Shown here in pieces: positions 26,128-33,067 of a DNA stretch of 33,892 nucleotides. This stretch comes from an uncultured Pseudobdellovibrionaceae bacterium. Its GTDB lineage: Bacteria > Pseudomonadota > Alphaproteobacteria > Micavibrionales > Micavibrionaceae. The translations under genes were made by a program, and so were the position numbers. Each line of letters starts with the position of its first letter. Within the stretch, counting starts at the first letter, position 1. The stretch is taken from NCBI GenBank assembly GCA_964548445.1, contig CAZJRT010000001.1, positions 1 to 33,892 on the forward strand, given 5' to 3'. The notes under the pieces were generated by a model, which was not told the origin of the DNA, made no database searches, and was given only the letters and a program-made list of their open reading frames with translations.

Positions 26128-27345
26128 ATGAAAAACAAAAAAGTCCTGTATCTCTACCAGTTTTTTCGTCATCCCGGTGAACCGGGCGGAACTCGCGCGT
26201 ATTGGATAGCCCGTAAAATGGTGGAAAACGGCTATGATGTTACAATGGTAACACAAAGAAACACGTTCAACGAAGAAAACAAAAATACGAAATTTGTCGA
26301 AAGGATAACCATTGACGGCATTCAAGTCGTTTACATCAAGAATGGCTATTTTAATGGTTTCAGTTATCCTCGCAGAATATATTCCTTTCTCAGGTTTATG
26401 CTGCTGTCATCATGGTTTGCTCTAAGAGAAAAAAATGTTGATATTGTTGTTGCAACATCGACGCCGCTAACTATTGCGTTTCCAGCATTATTAGTAAAAA
26501 AAATCAGGAATATACCTATGATTTTTGAAGTGCGGGATCTATGGCCGGAAGTTCCAATCCAAATGAGAGCAATAAATAACCGGTTATTAATTATGTTTCT
26601 TAAGTGGTTTGAAAAAGCAACGTATAAAAACTCAGATTATATTAACACCCTCTCACCTGGGATGCAGGAAGGCGTTAGCAAATATATATCACCCGAAAAG
26701 ATATCGATGATCCCTAACATGGCCAAAATTGATAAATTTTGGCCACGCAATAAAGATATCGAGATGCAAAAAAGGCTCAATTTGTCTGATAAATCATTTA
26801 AGATTATTCATTTTGGTGCGATGGGTATTGCCAATGGATTGGAGAATTACCTTGATGCTGCATCCTTAGCCTTGGAACAGGGAATATCAGATATTGAGTT
26901 TGTGCTGGTAGGTAACGGTAAAATGAAACCACATTTTGACAAGAGAAAATCGAATGAGAATCTTATTAACCTGCATATTTTTGATCGTATGCCGATGGAA
27001 CGTATTTCCAGTTTGGTTAACATTTGTGACATTTCTTATATTGGTTTTTTGCCAAAACCTATCCTCGAAACCAACTCAGCCAATAAATTCTTTGACTCCC
27101 TATCAGCCGGAAAACCAATCCTTCTAAATTTTGGCGGGTGGATGCAGGAGTTGGTTGAAAAAAATAAATGCGGGCTTAGAGTGCACCCTACTGATGGTAA
27201 GGACTTATTGGAAAAGATAATCTTCTTAAAAGCAAACCCCGAGAAGTGCGAACAAATGGGGCAAGCAGCAAGGAAAATGGCAGAGACAGAGTTTGATAAA
27301 TCCATACTTACTCAACAATTCTTGAATATTGTGGATAAGTTCTGA
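26128..27345 (+). CDS. Glycosyltransferase family 4, WbuB-like
   Basis: VLYLYQFFRHPGEPGGTRAYWIARKMVENGYDVTMVT is the WbuB-type N-terminus. The C-terminal part has NSANKFFDSLSAGKPILLN. Confidence 0.85.
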   Translation: MKNKKVLYLYQFFRHPGEPGGTRAYWIARKMVENGYDVTMVTQRNTFNEENKNTKFVERITIDGIQVVYIKNGYFNGFSYPRRIYSFLRFMLLSSWFALREKNVDIVVATSTPLTIAFPALLVKKIRNIPMIFEVRDLWPEVPIQMRAINNRLLIMFLKWFEKATYKNSDYINTLSPGMQEGVSKYISPEKISMIPNMAKIDKFWPRNKDIEMQKRLNLSDKSFKIIHFGAMGIANGLENYLDAASLALEQGISDIEFVLVGNGKMKPHFDKRKSNENLINLHIFDRMPMERISSLVNICDISYIGFLPKPILETNSANKFFDSLSAGKPILLNFGGWMQELVEKNKCGLRVHPTDGKDLLEKIIFLKANPEKCEQMGQAARKMAETEFDKSILTQQFLNIVDKF

Positions 27346-27455
27346 AACGCTTATAGCCTAGGTTCCTTCGGTCCGTCCATGAAAGTCTCAAACAGATTCT
27401 CCTGGAATTCCCCTGATGATGCATACGTTCTTTTTGTTCTGGCTGCAAGGCTACT

Positions 27456-27473
27456 ATGCATTTATAAATGCAT
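27456..27473. promoter_or_regulatory. Perfect 18-bp palindrome ATGCATTTATAAATGCAT followed by T6
   Basis: Read directly in the 151-nt gap between the WbuB-like and CapK-like genes, 23 nt upstream of ATG 27497. It could be an operator or a weak AT-rich terminator hairpin. Confidence 0.4.
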
Positions 27474-27496
27474 TTTTTCTCGGAGGAACTAGTTAA

Positions 27497-28759
27497 ATGT
27501 TCTTTAAAAAATACATTCTTAAGATTCTATTATATCTTTACAATATCATCTTCACAAAAGGAAAGTTACTTGACTATTACAAGGAAGCGTTTTCCATAAA
27601 TGAGAACATAATTCAGCCTGAATGCAATAAAGTTCAGAAATACTTGCTGAGCTGGGGGTATAATGAAAATATCACTAGTATTCCATTAATGAACAAATCA
27701 GATATACGCACTTTCGCTAGCAAGGTTTCTAGTGCTAAAGCATATAAATATAATTTTACGGGGGGCTCTACCGGAGAACCCTTAAAAATACCTGTTAGTA
27801 AAAGGAGATCATGGATTAGAACAGCAATAACATTATATTGTAATTCTATCAGCGGATACGCAGTTGGCGAACCATATCTTGCTATCAGGTCAAAAGCTAA
27901 ACCTTATTTATTGCAATGGCTTAGAAATGAATTTGTTTTTGTGCCGGAAGATTTGTCGGAATCGAATCTAAATAAAGTTGTCAACAGAATAATTAATAAG
28001 AAAATAGGCATCATTATTGGCTATCCGTCCGTAATACATTCCATAGCACAGTTTATAGAAAAGCATCATATGAAAGAGAAAATCGATATCAGGTTGGTGA
28101 TTAGTTCAGCGGAACCATTGGAAAAACATGTATGTGTATTTATTAGAAACACGTTTGATTGTGCAATCATTGACCGATATGGAAATGAAGAGAATGGGAT
28201 TATTGCTTTTCAAAAAAAGCCTAATAGCGATCTATGTGTTAATAGATTTAACTTATACGTTGAAGTCTTGGATCCGAATACACTAGAACCAGCAAAGGAG
28301 GGGGAAAAAGGTAAAGTTGTTGTAACGGATATCTATTCTGACCTTTTTCCTATGATAAGATATGATACCGGAGATTTTGCCGTTGCTTCAGAGTACAAGG
28401 ATGGACGAATAACAAAGATTCGGAAAATTTCCGGCAGGACAATTGATACTTTTTATACTACAACTAATATGCCACTTAATCCCGCATGTTTGCTACCTTC
28501 AATTAGGTTGCCTTTAACTGCTTTAAATGAATTAGTGCAATTCCAATTTGTTCAGCAATCATCAAATGAATTTGTTTTGCATCTAAAAACCGGATCAGGG
28601 GTGCTTCATAATGATGTAAGCAATAAATTGAAGCGGAATCTCAAAAAATACCTTGGCGATGATGCAATCATTGAAATCAGGATGTCATATCAAATTCCAG
28701 CTTTATTATCCTTAAAGAGACCATTGTTTAAAAACTATTACATTAAACCTGAGCAATAA
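27497..28759 (+). CDS. CapK / phenylacetate-CoA-ligase-like adenylate-forming enzyme
   Basis: FTGGSTGEPLKIPVS corresponds to the TSGSTGxP adenylation motif, and MIRYDTGDFAV to YxTGD. GGAGGA RBS at 27482-27487. Confidence 0.8.
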   Translation: MFFKKYILKILLYLYNIIFTKGKLLDYYKEAFSINENIIQPECNKVQKYLLSWGYNENITSIPLMNKSDIRTFASKVSSAKAYKYNFTGGSTGEPLKIPVSKRRSWIRTAITLYCNSISGYAVGEPYLAIRSKAKPYLLQWLRNEFVFVPEDLSESNLNKVVNRIINKKIGIIIGYPSVIHSIAQFIEKHHMKEKIDIRLVISSAEPLEKHVCVFIRNTFDCAIIDRYGNEENGIIAFQKKPNSDLCVNRFNLYVEVLDPNTLEPAKEGEKGKVVVTDIYSDLFPMIRYDTGDFAVASEYKDGRITKIRKISGRTIDTFYTTTNMPLNPACLLPSIRLPLTALNELVQFQFVQQSSNEFVLHLKTGSGVLHNDVSNKLKRNLKKYLGDDAIIEIRMSYQIPALLSLKRPLFKNYYIKPEQ

Positions 28760-28769
28760 ACATACTTTG

Positions 28770-29417
28770 ATGAAACTTTACAAATGTTACATTAAACGAT
28801 TATTTGATTTAGTAGTATCATTGTCATTACTAATTATTTTATCGCCTGCCTTCATTTTCATCTACTTTATTGTGAGGTATAAAATGTCCCAGCCTGTTTT
28901 TTATATGCAAGAAAGACCAGGTTTGAACTCAAGAATCTTTCATATAATTAAGTTCCGAACAATGAATGATGCAAAAAATGAGTTTGGCTATAACTTGCCC
29001 GATGCTCAACGCATCACGAGGTTAGGCACATTTATGCGTCGGTGTTCCCTGGACGAGATTCCCCAATTGATAAATGTCATTAAAGGAGATATGAGCCTCG
29101 TTGGGCCTCGGCCTTTAGCTGTCAAATATCTTCCCTATTACTCGGCAGAAGAGATGATTCGACATAATGTGAAACCGGGCATGACGGGGCTGGCGCAAAT
29201 CAATGGTCGCAACGGTTTAGATTGGGATAAGAAATTGCAATATGATATTGAATACGCCAATAACTTGAGTTTTTCTTTGGATATAACCATTCTTATAAAG
29301 ACATTTTTTAAGATTATGCAAAGAAGTGATGTTTCGCGAACTGGAGTAGATGCTCCGGGAGACTTTGACCAGTATAGGCTAAAGCAGGCAGAAAGAACGG
29401 AAAAAAATGATTATTAA
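28770..29417 (+). CDS. Small bacterial sugar transferase (PglC/WecA-type initiating undecaprenyl-phosphate phosphoglycosyl transferase)
   Basis: KRLFDLVVSLSLLIILSP...KFRTM...RITRLGTFMRRCSLDEIPQLINVIKGDMSLVGPRPL is the canonical Bac_transf pattern. Confidence 0.9.
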   Translation: MKLYKCYIKRLFDLVVSLSLLIILSPAFIFIYFIVRYKMSQPVFYMQERPGLNSRIFHIIKFRTMNDAKNEFGYNLPDAQRITRLGTFMRRCSLDEIPQLINVIKGDMSLVGPRPLAVKYLPYYSAEEMIRHNVKPGMTGLAQINGRNGLDWDKKLQYDIEYANNLSFSLDITILIKTFFKIMQRSDVSRTGVDAPGDFDQYRLKQAERTEKNDY

Positions 29418-29931
29418 AGGACAAGATATAGTATTACGGGCCATTGAACCAGAAGACGCAGAAATGCTGCTGAATTTAATTAACGATCCTGAGACTGAAT
29501 ATATGTTAGGCGGGTGGTCATTCCCTGTTTCAGTTAGTAATCAGCTAAAGTGGATCAACACCTTAAATGACGATAGAGGTGTTCTTCGTTGTATAATTGA
29601 AGCCAAGCAGTCATCAAAAGCAATAGGCACAGCCATACTCAAAGATATAGACTACAAGAATGGTAATGCCTCAATCCATATTAAAATCTGTGGCAGTGAT
29701 TACAGAGGGAAAGGATATGGTAGTCAAGCAATCAAGGCTATTATTAATTATGGATTTAACGAGCTTAGGTTGCATTGTATTTACGCTCAAATAAATGAAG
29801 ACAATGTTGTTTCGCTCAAAGTCTTTAAGAAATGTGGATTTACCCTAGAAGGTAAACTGAAAGATCGTTTACACAAAAATGGTAACTACCTCAGTGTTAA
29901 TGTTTGTTCTATTTTGAACCCAAACATCTGA
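29407..29931 (+). CDS. GNAT-family N-acetyltransferase (RimJ/RimL-like)
   Basis: IVLRAIEPEDAEMLLNLINDPE...YRGKGYGSQAIKAIINYGFNEL.LHCIYA.I...N..S.KVFKKCGF..EG is the GNAT A/B motif pattern. Confidence 0.85.
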   Translation: MIIKGQDIVLRAIEPEDAEMLLNLINDPETEYMLGGWSFPVSVSNQLKWINTLNDDRGVLRCIIEAKQSSKAIGTAILKDIDYKNGNASIHIKICGSDYRGKGYGSQAIKAIINYGFNELRLHCIYAQINEDNVVSLKVFKKCGFTLEGKLKDRLHKNGNYLSVNVCSILNPNI

Positions 29932-29938
29932 TATTTTT

Positions 29939-31030
29939 ATGAAGGAAGAAATTGGCAGTGATTTCTATGAGATAAAGAATACCAGGCAGAATGCTGAAGT
30001 GCAGCACTTCTTTAATTCTGCTGATCCAAACGTTTTCTATGCGCTTGCGGGCCGTACGGCTCTGGATTTTATAATTAAAGACATTTCCAAGCGTAAGAGA
30101 ATTTTTAACGTATTCTTACCTTCATATTGTTGTGAGTCAATGATCGTGCCTTTCTTAGACAATCACATTAACGTTTTTTTTTACAATGTTATTTTGACGG
30201 AGAATGGTGTCGAAATTGAAGCTGATGAAATTAGTTGCGCCGATGCTGTTGTCGTAATGAATTACTTTGGATTCAAAAGCCAATTTGTTGAAAGTTTTAT
30301 TGATCAATTAAATCAAAAAAACATTATTGTTATCAAAGATGCAACTCAGTCATTGTTTTGTGAAGAATCTTATGATGAGCGCGCGGATTATATGTTTGCC
30401 AGCTTTCGTAAGTGGATGGGTATACCTGATGGATCTATCTTGGCTAAGCGCGATGGATGTTTCAATATCTCTGTTCCTCAAGAAACAAAGACTTCGTATT
30501 TGAAAAAACGTACTAAGGCTATGCAATTAAAGAAGGAATACCTTGATAAAGGTACAGGTAATAAGAATAAGTATTTGAGTAAATTTACAGAAGCATCTTG
30601 CCTCCTCAATCAGGATTATGAAGGTTATCGAATGAGTGACTGTAGTATTAGATCGCTCAATAATAATGACTTTCCCTCAATTAAAGACAAGAGGCAGAAA
30701 AATGCACGGTTTCTTATAAATGCATTATTAAATCAAAACGGGATAACTCTTCCATTTAAATGGGTCGGGGAAAATGATGTTCCACTTTTTGTGCCAATCC
30801 TTGTTCAAGGCGGGTTCAGAAATTTACTAAGAAAGCACCTTATAAAGCAGCGAATATACTGCCCGGTTCATTGGCCCCTGTTTCCTGAGCATAAAATCTC
30901 ACAAAAATGCAAAACTGTTTATGGTAAAGAATTATCTTTAGTTTGTGATCAACGTTATGATATTGAAGATATGCGTCGGATAGCCGAAGAATTAGAAACA
31001 TTTCTGACATCTGAAAGAGAGCCTTTATGA
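29939..31030 (+). CDS. Putative fold-type-I PLP-dependent (DegT-like, divergent) aminotransferase
   Basis: ALAGRTALDFII...FLPSYCCESMIVPF...IIVIKDATQS...ASFRKWMGIPDGS, with a candidate PLP lysine in SFRK. It contains a T9 tract at 30174-30182. Confidence 0.55.
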   Translation: MKEEIGSDFYEIKNTRQNAEVQHFFNSADPNVFYALAGRTALDFIIKDISKRKRIFNVFLPSYCCESMIVPFLDNHINVFFYNVILTENGVEIEADEISCADAVVVMNYFGFKSQFVESFIDQLNQKNIIVIKDATQSLFCEESYDERADYMFASFRKWMGIPDGSILAKRDGCFNISVPQETKTSYLKKRTKAMQLKKEYLDKGTGNKNKYLSKFTEASCLLNQDYEGYRMSDCSIRSLNNNDFPSIKDKRQKNARFLINALLNQNGITLPFKWVGENDVPLFVPILVQGGFRNLLRKHLIKQRIYCPVHWPLFPEHKISQKCKTVYGKELSLVCDQRYDIEDMRRIAEELETFLTSEREPL

Positions 31031-32124
31031 TTTCAGTCCTAGTTACTGGCATAGGCGGTCCCACACCTCGGTCTATTGCTTTAATCCTTCGCAAAAAATT
31101 CCCAGATAGCAGGATAATCGGAGTCGATGCGAATCCGAAAGCATTAGGCTTCTTCATGGATGGATTGGTTGACAATTATGCTGTCATCCCCTTTTGCAAT
31201 GCGAACAATTACTGGGAGACGATTCACCGAATCATTAAAGATGAGGCAATCGATCTGGCATTTGTTCAACCTGAGTGTGAAGTCATAAAATGGGGACAGT
31301 ATTTCAAGGATCAAGGTTGTTACCCTTGCCCTGTTCTTTTGCCCCCACTTGAGTACGCCGAAGTGCTTGTTGACAAAGGCAGAATGTCGCAATTGCTTGG
31401 CGACACATCTTACATTCCCAAAACGGTTCTCATCGATCCCCAAAGGCCTGATTTTGACGAAATCGAGGGGCAACTTGGATACCCATTCTGGATAAGAGCC
31501 ACTACAGGATCAGGAGGATTTGGATCTTTAAAAGTTGAGTCTAGGGAATCTTTAGAAGGCTGGCTGCGCCTCTTCACTAAGGTGCCGATATTCACCGCAT
31601 CTGAGTTTTTGCCGGGACGTCATCTGGCAAATCAAATGATGTACATCAATGGGCGATGTGTCCGTAATGCCGGTCTCGAATGCGTGAACTATGTGATGGC
31701 AGATGTCGCGCCTTCACGTGTTACCGGAAATACATCCTACGGACGCTTTATTAACGAGCAAAGGGTGCTGGCGTTTTGCGAAGAGGTGATGGATTTCCTT
31801 TCTCGGAAGTTGAACGTCTCCCCACACGGTGTGTTCAGCTTCGATCTTAAAGAGGACCGAGAAGGCGCACCAAAAGTCACCGAAATCAATGTTCGTCATA
31901 TGGCCTACACCGGAATCATGGCAAACGTCGGGTTTGATCTCGTGACAGATACAATTGAATATCTTAACGGCACCTTCCGCACAAAAGACAGCCATAGGCA
32001 CATTTACGACAAGCCATACAGCTTCCTGCGCGACGTTGATATTGAGCCTATCATACTGCCCTATCTGCCTGAAAGTTTGGGGACAGGATCATCCGCCTTT
32101 GGGGAAGACTTTGCAGAAAAATAA
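31027..32124 (+). CDS. ATP-grasp domain ligase
   Basis: ATGA overlap with the upstream gene. YPFWIRATTGSGGFGSLKV, FTASEFLPGRHLANQMMYINGR and FSFDLKEDREGAPKVTEINVR are ATP-grasp motifs. Confidence 0.75.
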   Translation: MISVLVTGIGGPTPRSIALILRKKFPDSRIIGVDANPKALGFFMDGLVDNYAVIPFCNANNYWETIHRIIKDEAIDLAFVQPECEVIKWGQYFKDQGCYPCPVLLPPLEYAEVLVDKGRMSQLLGDTSYIPKTVLIDPQRPDFDEIEGQLGYPFWIRATTGSGGFGSLKVESRESLEGWLRLFTKVPIFTASEFLPGRHLANQMMYINGRCVRNAGLECVNYVMADVAPSRVTGNTSYGRFINEQRVLAFCEEVMDFLSRKLNVSPHGVFSFDLKEDREGAPKVTEINVRHMAYTGIMANVGFDLVTDTIEYLNGTFRTKDSHRHIYDKPYSFLRDVDIEPIILPYLPESLGTGSSAFGEDFAEK

Positions 32125-32225
32125 GGGACGGGCCTTTGCTGGCCTTGGAGCGGGTGCATCGACTCGTTCAGCAGAACGGGGCTGGTTGGATGTCGCCGGC
32201 GCTTCCAGCGCCGTGCTCCCGGGAA

Positions 32226-32244
32226 CCGAAGCAAGATGCTTCGG
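32226..32244. other. Perfect 8-bp-stem hairpin CCGAAGCA-aga-TGCTTCGG in the G-rich spacer
   Basis: Read directly. No T-run follows it, so it is not a canonical intrinsic terminator. Confidence 0.5.
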
Positions 32245-32475
32245 CGACGGCCGGGGGATGGGGGTGGGCTTTTGCCCTGCTCCTTGTGCTTGCGGTGCAA
32301 TGCGGGGGATGACGGGGGGGGACGGGGGGCGTTGCGACCACGGAGGGGGCGCAACGGAGGGTAAAAGAGGGAGACAATGGTCGGCAACCTGAACTTGCGA
32401 TGGAACACCGAGGGATTACGGCCTGGGCGCAAGTCAATGGCAGATGCAAGGTGAGTTCGATATAGACGGACGGTC

Positions 32476-33018
32476 TGGTATGTCGAGAACCGAACGTTAT
32501 TTCAGGATCTTAAAATCCTGCGAATGAATGCCTTGCAGGTGTTCAAGTCCGCTGAGACTACGGCGCTTGCGTCATATTGCAAATCAATGGTGACAATAAT
32601 ACCGATCATATTGCAATATAGAGCCCGCTTGGGGACCTGTTGTCGCTCGGGCATCACGGGGAACACGTCTTTCGGTCGGCTTCTGAATGACGAGCATGTC
32701 GTCGAGGTGGCGACGTCGGCAATGGACATTCTTTTCGAGCATACGGCGGCCCCCAGGCACGGATTTTTTACGGTGGATCTCAAGGAAGATACCCAAGGCG
32801 TGCCGAAGGTCACGGAAGTGAATGTTCGTTTTGTGGCGTTCAATCAATGCTATGCGGCGGGGGGCGCCAATCTGGCACAAGACTTCCTGGACGTGATGAC
32901 ACGGAATCCGCAATTCGACAGGACCAGCCATCGGTATACCTTCGAAAAGGATCTTATTTTCCTGCGGGATGTAGACGAATTGCCAATCATAATGAAGGAG
33001 TCTGATCTCCTTACCTGA
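32476..33018 (+). pseudogene. Decayed paralogue of the ATP-grasp gene at 31027-32124; N-terminal ~160 codons absent, several frame disruptions
   Basis: Over 32644-33018, RSGITGNTSFGR...FFTVDLKEDTQGVPKVTEVNVR...IFLRDVDELPIIM aligns with SRVTGNTSYGR...FSFDLKEDREGAPKVTEINVR...SFLRDVDIEPIIL. Upstream, RHIANQ (32570-32587, different frame) matches RHLANQ, and ING (32583-32591, third frame) matches YING. That implies a deletion of about 14 nt plus further shifts. Similarity over 32476-32560 is weak. Confidence 0.7.
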
Positions 33019-33067
33019 TGCTGCACATGAGCCGCGGGTAAGGGTTCCGGAATCTGACGGCAGCGAT

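Noticed and set aside
15231-26503. Several A8 tracts in glycan genes (15231-15238, 17717-17724, 18468-18475, 25445-25452, 26496-26503) as phase-variation sites.
   Set aside because: All encode Lys-Lys in AT-rich, lysine-rich genes. At this base composition A8 runs are plausibly chance, unlike the G8 in wzy.
27379-27492. 37-codon small ORF (MKVSNRFSWNSPDDAYVLFVLAARLLCIYKCIFSRRN) in the gap before the CapK-like gene.
   Set aside because: It has no RBS and no recognisable family, and it spans the palindrome. It is most likely fortuitous.
31955-32449. ORFs across the G-rich spacer: + 145 aa, - 123 aa and - 93 aa.
   Set aside because: They are Gly/Arg/Pro/Ala-rich translations of G-run DNA with no start context, and they overlap one another in several frames.
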